A stretch of 45,210 nt of DNA from Thermofilaceae archaeon (GTDB taxonomy: Archaea; Thermoproteota; Thermoprotei; Thermofilales; Thermofilaceae), in assembly GCA_038727095.1 (NCBI GenBank), contig JAVYWK010000015.1, forward strand, positions 1 to 45,210, written 5' to 3'. Both the position numbers and the translations under genes were made by a program. The first letter of the stretch is position 1, and each line of letters begins with the position of its first letter. The notes beneath the pieces were generated by a model that was not told the DNA's origin, searched no databases, and saw only the letters and a program-made list of their open reading frames with translations. This document shows positions 37,747-45,210 of the stretch, one piece after another.

Positions 37747-38342
37747 ACGGGGATGAACTCCTCCTTTACACCATCGTTGCTTATTATGAGGAGGTCCACC
37801 CCATCCCCACTTACAGCGTCACGGCTGAAAGCCGATTTCACCGCCTTTAGTGCGAGTGCCCTCGCCTCGCTTAACCGAAGGTCCTTCCTATACTCGCTCT
37901 CCACGATGCTTATGGCGAGCTGCGCCCCCGTTCCTACGGCCGCGTAATCGTCCTCTATGGCGGCCCCCAGGGGGTCAAGCACGTATATGTGCGGCCCTTC
38001 CTCGTCTATGCCCCCCACTATTGTTTCGACTATGTAGGGGGCGTATCGGCTGCTATTATACAGTATCAGGGAGAGCAGCCTGGCCGCGTTGTACACGCGA
38101 GGTTTGAGCCCGCTCTCCAGCTCGAACAACCTCATTTCAGCCTCTAGCATTCTAGCGAGGGTCTGCATGTCAGCGATGAAGCCGGCGCTGGCCACCCCTA
38201 TCCTGTCAAGTACTCTGAACACTTTTTTCCCAGTCTTGCTCATCAGTGTAAAGCCGTAGGTCACGCGCTTATCTGCTGCGAGCACAACCCCCTCCGAGGT
38301 CTTTATTCCCAGAGCCGTCGCTCCAGGGTAGTATTCAGCCAC
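37743..38342 (-). CDS. psmB: Proteasome beta subunit (Thr1 replaced by Ala)
   Basis: GVVLAADKR, AGFIADMQ, LDPLG, VGTG and RDAVSGD motifs. Confidence 0.92.
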   Translation of the reverse strand: MAEYYPGATALGIKTSEGVVLAADKRVTYGFTLMSKTGKKVFRVLDRIGVASAGFIADMQTLARMLEAEMRLFELESGLKPRVYNAARLLSLILYNSSRYAPYIVETIVGGIDEEGPHIYVLDPLGAAIEDDYAAVGTGAQLAISIVESEYRKDLRLSEARALALKAVKSAFSRDAVSGDGVDLLIISNDGVKEEFIPV

Positions 38343-38404
38343 TTACACCACCGTGCTGTGGGCTAAGCTAGGGATAAAAACGTTGCCCAGCCACTTCGGC
38401 GTAA

Positions 38405-39415
38405 ATGCTGGATAGACTGGAGCCTGCACCGAGCAGCTGGGAGGAGCTGTTCGAGGCTGCGAAGCGTAGAGCATCTAGGGCTGCATCGAGGAGGAGGCGC
38501 GATCGATTAGCGTCGGTAAAGGGGGAGGAGCTATCGAGGATCAGGGCAGCATCGGAGTACGTTAGTCGCAAGCTGACAAAAGTAGCGTTGAGCATGCCGT
38601 TCCTCGACTCGCTTCACCCTTTTTACCGCGAGCTGCTGCTAACGATGATTGATGAGAACACCTACAAGGTTTGCCTTTCGCGTATACGATCCGTCGCAAG
38701 ACTGGTGCGGAGAATAGCTGTAGAGGCTGCGCGAGAGGTAAGGGCGAGCTCTGAGGAGAGAGAGGCGCGTAAGGCTCGAAAAGCGTTTTTCGGTAGGCTG
38801 CAATCCCTCCTCGAAAGCTTGGACGAGTGCTTCAGGCTGATTAGGGGGTGGCAGGGGGAAATTACCAAGCTGCCGTCCATCGACCCTACTTTACCATCCA
38901 TCGTCATAGCTGGAGCACCAAACGTTGGGAAATCCTCTCTCCTCAGAGCGATCTCGAGAGCGAAACCCGAGGTTAAGCCTTACCCGTTCACGACGACGAA
39001 CGTGATCGTCGGTCACCTGGAACTTGCCAATACGCGCGTCCAAGCTATCGATACTCCGGGCCTGCTCGACCGACCGCTCTCGGAGAAGGGGCCCATAGAG
39101 CGGCGCGCGGTTTCTGCGCTGAAGCACTTGAGGGGGGTAACGGTTTTCCTGTTCGATCCTACTCTCAGCTGCGGCTTTCCGCTTGATTTTCAGATGAGGG
39201 TTTACAACGAGGTCGAGGAGCTCCTTGGCGGAGGATCACTGATCCTAGTGGCTAACAAGGTCGATATAACCACTCCCGAGCAAGCCTCCCAGCTGGTCAG
39301 AATGCTGGGCGACAAGGCGAAGAACTTGGTTTTTATCTCGGCGTTAACGGGGATTGGGCTAGACTACCTACTAGAGCGTGTTGAAACCGAATTGCTAGAG
39401 GTAATCAAGATGTGA
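38405..39415 (+). CDS. NOG1-family GTPase
   Basis: LHPFYREL, GAPNVGKSS, YPFTT, DTPGLLDR and NKVD motifs. Confidence 0.92.
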   Translation: MLDRLEPAPSSWEELFEAAKRRASRAASRRRRDRLASVKGEELSRIRAASEYVSRKLTKVALSMPFLDSLHPFYRELLLTMIDENTYKVCLSRIRSVARLVRRIAVEAAREVRASSEEREARKARKAFFGRLQSLLESLDECFRLIRGWQGEITKLPSIDPTLPSIVIAGAPNVGKSSLLRAISRAKPEVKPYPFTTTNVIVGHLELANTRVQAIDTPGLLDRPLSEKGPIERRAVSALKHLRGVTVFLFDPTLSCGFPLDFQMRVYNEVEELLGGGSLILVANKVDITTPEQASQLVRMLGDKAKNLVFISALTGIGLDYLLERVETELLEVIKM

Positions 39416-39536
39416 TGTGACGGGTAAGTAGCGATCTGGACGCCCGATCAACCTTGATCAGGATGGTCACTTGAGAGTCTGCGAGAAAGCCGAGCTGGGA
39501 GCTAAATTTTAAAGTAGGCTTTGCGAACCATCCACC

Positions 39537-40049
39537 GTGGTTAGGGTAGGTATTATTTCCGACACGCACGACAATCTTTCAGCTGTAGATAAGGCACTTA
39601 GTGAATTTGAAAGTCGCAATGTAAAGGTTCTGATCCATGCTGGTGACATCATAGCGCCGTTCACTTTAAGGAGAATCCTCTCGCGAGGTTTCGATTTTAG
39701 AGGGGTTTTCGGGAACAACGACGGGGAGGTGGTACTCCTGTCAAGGGTAGCGCAGGAGCAGGGTGCCATTCTCACACCGCAACCCCTCCTCACCAACATT
39801 GAAGGGCTGAACTTCCTGATCATACACGGTCTACAGGATCTTCAGGAGACCAAGAACGTTGTTACACGGCTCGCCAACACCGGATCGTTCGATGTGGTGG
39901 TCTACGGCCACACTCACGAAATCGATGTGAGAATGGTGGGTAGAACCCTAGTGGTAAACCCCGGCGAAGCCTGCGGCTACCTGACGGGGAGGAAGACGAT
40001 AGCAGTCCTCGATACAGAGAGTAGGAGTGTCGAGATCGTAGAGATTTAA
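39537..40049 (+). CDS. Metallophosphoesterase (MJ0936/YfcE family)
   Basis: SDTHDN, HAGD, GNND, HG, GHTH and NPG motifs. Confidence 0.92.
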   Translation: MVRVGIISDTHDNLSAVDKALSEFESRNVKVLIHAGDIIAPFTLRRILSRGFDFRGVFGNNDGEVVLLSRVAQEQGAILTPQPLLTNIEGLNFLIIHGLQDLQETKNVVTRLANTGSFDVVVYGHTHEIDVRMVGRTLVVNPGEACGYLTGRKTIAVLDTESRSVEIVEI

Positions 40050-40098
40050 TCAGCCGGGAGTATCTCATCATCTTTTATCAAGGTTTCCACTCGCACCC
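40050..40098 (-). ncRNA. Candidate C/D box guide sRNA downstream of the site-2 protease gene
   Basis: D' TTGA (40078-81), C' ATGATGA (40065-71), 11-nt guide GATACTCCCGG, D CTGA (40050-53); C box degenerate. Confidence 0.5.
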
Positions 40099-40112
40099 TT
40101 TTACCCTTATCT

Positions 40113-41375
40113 TTATGGGATAAGCAAGCGTAAGCGGGGCACGATGATCGGAGCGACTATCATGGCCGCGGTGACCGCTGAAACTACTGCTGTAAGTGTC
40201 TTTACGATGAACTCGCGGCGCTGGGCTGAGGATCTGTGAAGCATAAGCTTTATTGTCGATACTAACGCTGACCCCCCGTCGAGCGGTACTACTGGCAGAA
40301 CATTCGTTAAACCTATGGCTGCGTTCATCCAGGAGATCCAAAGTAGCACGTAGGTTGTATCCCATCCGCCAGGGGGTTGATTGTAAAAGTGCGATAATAG
40401 GAGTAGGCGCTGGAAGGCGAGCGGTATTGATAGCAGCTTCCACGCGACTTCAAGCGGATTGCCCGATATGAGGGGAAGAGCCTCTTTCAACCCGCCAACG
40501 TCTATCAGCTCGATGCCGATGAAACCCTTACCCTTATCCTCGGAACGCTTAGTGAAATCGAATCTGTCGGCTAGCGTGATCGTGAGACTACGGTTATCAC
40601 TGAGCGCGATGGTAACTGCATCCCCAGCCTTCTTCCCCTCCATGGCCGAAAAGAAGCTATCGAGATCTGTAACACGCTTCCCATCAACCCACGTTATAAC
40701 GTCTCCCGGCTTTAGCCCAGCTTTCTCAGCGGGTGAGCCGGGGTAGATTCCCGTCACTCCGATACCTTCAACAACGGGCCCCGCCCCTGCGAACAGCTGC
40801 GTGAGCAGGAGGAGAGCGAGAGCCGCAACCACCAGGTTCGCGAAAGGCCCGCTGCTATACACCTTGACCTTCACGATATCCTCCGCGCTCTGGAAATCGT
40901 CCCCCGGTTCCACGAAGGCGCCGAGAGGGAGACCTAGAAGAACGAGCCCCGCGGACTTGATGGAGAGCCTATTGGCCGCCAAAGCGAGACCGTGCGCCAG
41001 CTCGTGCACGGCTACTGCAACAACCAGTCCCACAGCACCGTAAGTGATCGGGATCAGAGGGTTCAATCCTGGAAGCCCAATGAGCGTCGCTGGGCTCGGC
41101 GCGTGCTCGGGAGGAATTCTAAAGGACGCCAATGTACTCATCGTCAGCATCGCCATACCTGCAACCATGGCTACGACCCACGAAGCCACGGCGACAAACG
41201 CTACGTTGCGCATCCTTGTACATGCTAGACGCTTGATGAGATCAACGCATTTCTGGCACTTCAGCATCACTACTGGCCCATAGAGTGATACCCTCCGATC
41301 GCCCAAGTACCCTCTAACTAGCATGACCAAGTAGACGGCTACGCAGACTGAGAGTGCTGCTAATGTGGCGTCCAC
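40113..41375 (-). CDS. Site-2 protease (M50) with PDZ domain
   Basis: HELAH, GAFVEP, GPFAN, GSPAEKAGL PDZ motif, NVLPVVPLDGG. Confidence 0.93.
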   Translation of the reverse strand: MDATLAALSVCVAVYLVMLVRGYLGDRRVSLYGPVVMLKCQKCVDLIKRLACTRMRNVAFVAVASWVVAMVAGMAMLTMSTLASFRIPPEHAPSPATLIGLPGLNPLIPITYGAVGLVVAVAVHELAHGLALAANRLSIKSAGLVLLGLPLGAFVEPGDDFQSAEDIVKVKVYSSGPFANLVVAALALLLLTQLFAGAGPVVEGIGVTGIYPGSPAEKAGLKPGDVITWVDGKRVTDLDSFFSAMEGKKAGDAVTIALSDNRSLTITLADRFDFTKRSEDKGKGFIGIELIDVGGLKEALPLISGNPLEVAWKLLSIPLAFQRLLLLSHFYNQPPGGWDTTYVLLWISWMNAAIGLTNVLPVVPLDGGSALVSTIKLMLHRSSAQRREFIVKTLTAVVSAVTAAMIVAPIIVPRLRLLIP

Positions 41376-41613
41376 GATTTAGCCCTCCCAACTGTGGCTG
41401 TTAGCTCTTATGAACATATCGTCTTCCCCTATCACTTCTAGACCGCGTCGGGAAAGGAGTGAGAAAGAAGAGGAAAAGCATCGTTTAGTAGTTTAATGTT
41501 CTCCTTTAATTTTTAACGCTGGCACTGGACTAATAGAGAGATACGATCAGGGGAGAAACGCAGAACAAGCGCTATGGGTGTGCCTTGGAGCGAAATGCCG
41601 TGCTCAATCGATC

Positions 41614-42000
41614 CTATGATGATGCATAGCTAGATAGGTCTGCCATGATCAGCAGAGCCCCGACAGCGAAGTTGAAAAGACCGTTAAGGTAGAGATTCAA
41701 TGCTTCGAGAGTTTGTTCGGCGATGCTGGATGCATAAAGCGGGGGAGCGGAGCGGAATGCTTCACGCGCTCCTTTGACGAATGATAAACCCCTCTCGTAC
41801 TCTATCAGCACGCCTAAGGCGACTTCTCGCACGAATGGATTCGCAAGCGCATCCACAACGTTCGCTTTAACGAACGTTAACAGCTCGTTGAAGATCTCTA
41901 GGCCTGCCTCCAGAGCGCTTTCAAAATCCCCCTGGCACGATATCTCCTCGTACTTCGAGTACAAGCCCTTCAGCTTAGCGTTAAGCTCCTTCAGTTCCAC
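41614..42000 (-). CDS. Hypothetical helical protein
   Basis: 128-aa ORF with helical composition; no family recognised. Confidence 0.65.
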   Translation of the reverse strand: MELKELNAKLKGLYSKYEEISCQGDFESALEAGLEIFNELLTFVKANVVDALANPFVREVALGVLIEYERGLSFVKGAREAFRSAPPLYASSIAEQTLEALNLYLNGLFNFAVGALLIMADLSSYASS

Positions 42001-42167
42001 GGACTAAACTTCGCTAACAACTAGTTTCCCTTAATCTTTGCAATAAATCGTATTTCACCGGTAGCGCGGACCTATATAGCGGAGAACGGTTACTGTTACA
42101 GTATCATTTAAGGCGGCTTGAAGCCCGATTGGTATGAACAGGATGAACACTTTCGATGCTGGACAGG

Positions 42168-42215
42168 TCAGATGTAGCGGTTTCCTCACCTTTCAGAGCT
42201 TTGACCCGTCTTCAT
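42168..42215 (-). ncRNA. C/D box guide sRNA immediately downstream of the AbrB-like gene
   Basis: C ATGAAGA, guide CGGGTCAAAGCT, D' CTGA, AAG, C' GTGAGGA, guide AACCGCTACAT, D CTGA; canonical spacing. Confidence 0.85.
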
Positions 42216-42220
42216 TCCCA

Positions 42221-42514
42221 TCAATCTAAGGGTTCGATGCTTTTTATCTTTACCATTGAGCCCGGTGATATTCCGTACCTGTCTCTAGCACTTTTGGGTA
42301 TCGTGAACTGACGCGAGTCTGTGTGACGGGTCCTTAACAGCTTTACTTCAACGATAACCTCTGTTCCTATGTGCTCCAGGGTTATGCGCGCCCTCTTTAC
42401 GTCACGTAGGTTGAGAGCCTTCACGATTGATGCCGGTATTAAAACCTGATTGTTTATGTAAACTTTTGACTCATAGGGAAGGGGGGGTCTCCCCGTTTCA
42501 ACCTTGTACCCCAT
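42221..42514 (-). CDS. AbrB/MazE/SpoVT-like DNA-binding protein (tandem motif)
   Basis: NQVLIPASIVKALNL and RQFTIPKSARDRYGISPG swapped-hairpin motifs. Confidence 0.8.
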   Translation of the reverse strand: MGYKVETGRPPLPYESKVYINNQVLIPASIVKALNLRDVKRARITLEHIGTEVIVEVKLLRTRHTDSRQFTIPKSARDRYGISPGSMVKIKSIEPLD

Positions 42515-42637
42515 CGTCTAGTAGGCCACCTTTCCACATATATATGGCTTTCCTGAGCGTAAAGCTCGCGGAATTTAAGCAGTTTACTTAGCCGTAGCAC
42601 CCAAAAACCTTATTTCGTTTCCCAATGAATCGACCAT

Positions 42638-43774
42638 GTGCCTGACGAGGAGAGGATTGTCCTAGACCCCTGGGGTACAGCGCACGTGAAGGATTACGAT
42701 AGACTAATGCAAGAATTCGGTATAGAGCCACTTACAGACGAGCTTGTAGAGCGGTTGCCTTTCCAGCACAGGTTGATTAGGAGGCGCGTGATCTTCGGGC
42801 ATAGAGATCTTGGCTTGATACTGAAGGCGATCGAGGAGGATGGGAGTTATGCGGTAATGACGGGGATTAAACCCAGCGGTGACTACCATTTAGGGGCTAA
42901 GCTGACATCCGAGGAATTCATCTACTTCCAGTCGCTGTCGCCGAAGGCATTCGGCTTCTTCGCGATCGCGGATCTCGAAGCGTACGCTGACAACAAAATC
43001 CCGCTTGAGGAGAGCCACCGGATCGCGTTGAGCAACTTGACGGATCTGCTGGCCTTGGGTCTCGATCCCAGGAGGGTGTACGTTTACAAGCAGTCAGTTG
43101 AAATACCCGTTCTGCGCTTGGCGTTCATCTTTTCACGCGCCGTCACGTATAACATGATAGAAGCCATCTACGGCCCTAAGCCCTTCGGTTTGTACTTTTC
43201 AGCATTGGTGCAGGCGGGCGATATTCTCAACCCTCAGCTACCCCAGCACGGTGGGCCGAAACCGACGATAGTCCCCGTTGGGGCCGACCAGGACCCCCAC
43301 ATTAGGTTAACGCGAGACTTAGCCAGCAAGTACAGAGAGGAATTCGGGTTCATTCTACCCTCAGCGACGTACCACCGCTTGCTCAGGGACTTGACGGGCC
43401 AAGAGAAGATGTCTAAGAGAAACCCCATGGGTATCCTCTACCTAAACGAGCCGCTCAGCTCAGCTAGAGTTAAAGTCATGCAGGCTTTCACGGGCGGACG
43501 AGCCACCGCCGAAGAACAGAGGAAGTTGGGCGGTGAGCCTGAAAAGTGCGTCGTTTTCGTGGAGCTCCTTCTCGCCCACTTCCTCGAAGACGATAAACGG
43601 CTTGAGGAATGGTACTGGGAGTGTAAAACCGGTCAAATACTCTGCGGGGAGTGTAAGGCCAGAGCCTGGACGATCATCGAACAATGGTTGAGAAACCACC
43701 AAGAGAAAAGAAATAAAATGCGAGATTTGGCAGAAAGACTGCTAGAGGAGAAAACGTTGAGCCAGCAGTGGTGA
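42638..43774 (+). CDS. trpS: Tryptophan--tRNA ligase
   Basis: LDPWG, DY..L..FGI, TGIKPSG..HLG, PVGADQDPH, KMSK, AFTGG and CGECK motifs. Confidence 0.95.
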   Translation: MPDEERIVLDPWGTAHVKDYDRLMQEFGIEPLTDELVERLPFQHRLIRRRVIFGHRDLGLILKAIEEDGSYAVMTGIKPSGDYHLGAKLTSEEFIYFQSLSPKAFGFFAIADLEAYADNKIPLEESHRIALSNLTDLLALGLDPRRVYVYKQSVEIPVLRLAFIFSRAVTYNMIEAIYGPKPFGLYFSALVQAGDILNPQLPQHGGPKPTIVPVGADQDPHIRLTRDLASKYREEFGFILPSATYHRLLRDLTGQEKMSKRNPMGILYLNEPLSSARVKVMQAFTGGRATAEEQRKLGGEPEKCVVFVELLLAHFLEDDKRLEEWYWECKTGQILCGECKARAWTIIEQWLRNHQEKRNKMRDLAERLLEEKTLSQQW

Positions 43775-45210
43775 GTAAAAGGAATACAGGCGTAGTAATG
43801 ACAGTTGTCATACTAGCCCTAGCCTGTATTATCCTAGCGCGCCCAGAATCCGTGAGCTTCATGCTAGGCTTCAACATAACTGATGCGAGAGGACGCCCTA
43901 TAACCGGGTTTGACGATCAACAACCGATAGTAACAATATTATTTGGGAATACAACTTTACAGAAGAGATGTTTATCATGTTTATTTGATATCAAAAATAT
44001 AGAGTTAATTAATGGTACAGCTAATTTCAGGTTCAACTTAACTGTATCGTGGTTAGGGAGGCAAGTTTTCTACCATTCTGAAGCTCTTCCTATCGATTCG
44101 TCCATGAACAATACCTTGGTAAAGATTCTTAATGGAATCATTAAAATCAATGCTATAAACCTGGATGTTTACGGCGTCAACGATGAGAATGAAAGGTTGA
44201 GCAGATGCCTAATCGAGGTGAGGGAGCTCAAAGCCCAACTAAGGTGCGGCCAAACTGTAACCCTACCCTTTGGTGCCTACAGCTTCACTAATGCCTCTTA
44301 CGAAATAGTTCCTAGCAAGTGGGTCGAGGTGCCCGTGCTTACCAACATTCTGTATGTCAGCAACACTACTTTAACCGCTCAAGTTACGATTGGTGTAGCT
44401 GGCAGCTTCTCTATCGATGTGCTGCGAGCTGACGGGTCACCGCTAAGCGGTGCAGGGATTGAGCTTGTGTACGTAGGCGTGGAGAACATCACAGTCTTCA
44501 GGGGTGCAACACAGGGTGTACCGATTCGACTTCGCAACATACCTTACGGACGCTATCTTGTGACGGTGACGTGGAAAGGCGAACGGCTGCTGCAAACGCT
44601 AGTTCAAGTAGACCGAACGGTTCGCAACGTTACTCTGACCACAAGGATCATACCCACCGTTGCACTGACCGTGCTCGATGCCGACCGTCAGCCGATCACC
44701 GGTTTGACTCTAAGAATCGTTGGCCCGGCACGCGATACTTTAGCTTCCACTGACGCTTCGGGACGCATACTCATCCAGGACGTAGTTGAGGGCCTCTACA
44801 CCCTCAGTCTTACTTGGATGAACCGAACTATCACCAAGCAGGTTTACGTGAGACCTGGCGACGTATTCGTCGACCTACCGCTCCGCCGTCTCACCCTCAA
44901 ACTTACTCCGAACGCAAGGTGCGGTGATCGGTGCACACTCCCTCCAGGCTTAACCGTGAGGGTGCTCTACAGAAACGCGGTGCTTGTGGAGGATGTTACG
45001 GATCACCCAACGAGTACCGCGGAATTCGCGTTGCCAAACTACGTTTTGACTGACGAGCTTCTCAAGCTGGAGGTTAGCTGGAACGGTACGCTGCTGATGG
45101 TTCATAGCTTCACCCCGTTCGAGAGGGTGATGGTCTTTGAGCTGCGCTTCTTCGAGCTCTCTATCAAAATTACCGATGCAAGGGGCAACCCTCTCCCAAG
45201 AGCGCTGGTT
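43771..45210 (+). CDS. Large secreted surface glycoprotein with carboxypeptidase-regulatory-like repeats (3'-partial, absent from the ORF track)
   Basis: GTG overlaps the trpS stop (GTGA); frame open for 480 codons to the window end; signal peptide; DARGRP/ADGSPL/DADRQP/DARGNP repeats; many NxS/T sequons. Confidence 0.85.
   Translation, partial: MSKRNTGVVMTVVILALACIILARPESVSFMLGFNITDARGRPITGFDDQQPIVTILFGNTTLQKRCLSCLFDIKNIELINGTANFRFNLTVSWLGRQVFYHSEALPIDSSMNNTLVKILNGIIKINAINLDVYGVNDENERLSRCLIEVRELKAQLRCGQTVTLPFGAYSFTNASYEIVPSKWVEVPVLTNILYVSNTTLTAQVTIGVAGSFSIDVLRADGSPLSGAGIELVYVGVENITVFRGATQGVPIRLRNIPYGRYLVTVTWKGERLLQTLVQVDRTVRNVTLTTRIIPTVALTVLDADRQPITGLTLRIVGPARDTLASTDASGRILIQDVVEGLYTLSLTWMNRTITKQVYVRPGDVFVDLPLRRLTLKLTPNARCGDRCTLPPGLTVRVLYRNAVLVEDVTDHPTSTAEFALPNYVLTDELLKLEVSWNGTLLMVHSFTPFERVMVFELRFFELSIKITDARGNPLPRALV

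Noticed and set aside
39410-39480. Possible sRNA after NOG1 (GTGATGT, GATCAA/TTGATC)
   Set aside because: Boxes and spacing do not fit a C/D RNA, and the stems are short
1-45210. CRISPR array, provirus, integrase or tRNA att duplication
   Set aside because: No regularly spaced repeats, recombinase or viral genes, and no second copy of the tRNA-Val 3' end seen on reading

Overview
Gene-dense chromosomal window from a thermophilic archaeon, most likely Thermoproteota. Thermofilales/Thermoproteales is inferred from gene repertoire, ATGA/GTGA-type gene overlaps, TATA boxes about 25-30 nt before starts and an intron-containing tRNA; this was not checked against a database. Most of it is housekeeping: tRNA-Val(TAC) with a 40-nt BHB intron, pncB, aMBF1-hflX-trm56, tfe, tetraether synthase tes, pth2-truD, tmcA, SBDS-rrp4-rrp41-rrp42, top6BA, a DRG GTPase, cdc48, pepQ, mtnA, trm112, gltX, tyrS, trpS, a proteasome beta subunit, NOG1, three membrane proteases and two cell-surface proteins. 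I see no mobile element, CRISPR array or recognisable defence system. The unexplained signal is intergenic. There are two clear and several weaker C/D-box guide RNAs, one of them apparently a paralog sitting in an mRNA leader. A ~152-nt five-way-junction RNA candidate matching no family I recognise (20117-20268, minus) lies just upstream of an unannotated 50-aa hydrophobic ORF. Further long hairpins have strand-biased G-U pairs. Protein-level oddities are a possible GTA start for hflX, a degenerate PreA/DHOD-like Fe-S protein, a beta subunit lacking Thr1, and a surface protein with an AT-rich N-terminal block. All RNA folds were paired by eye.
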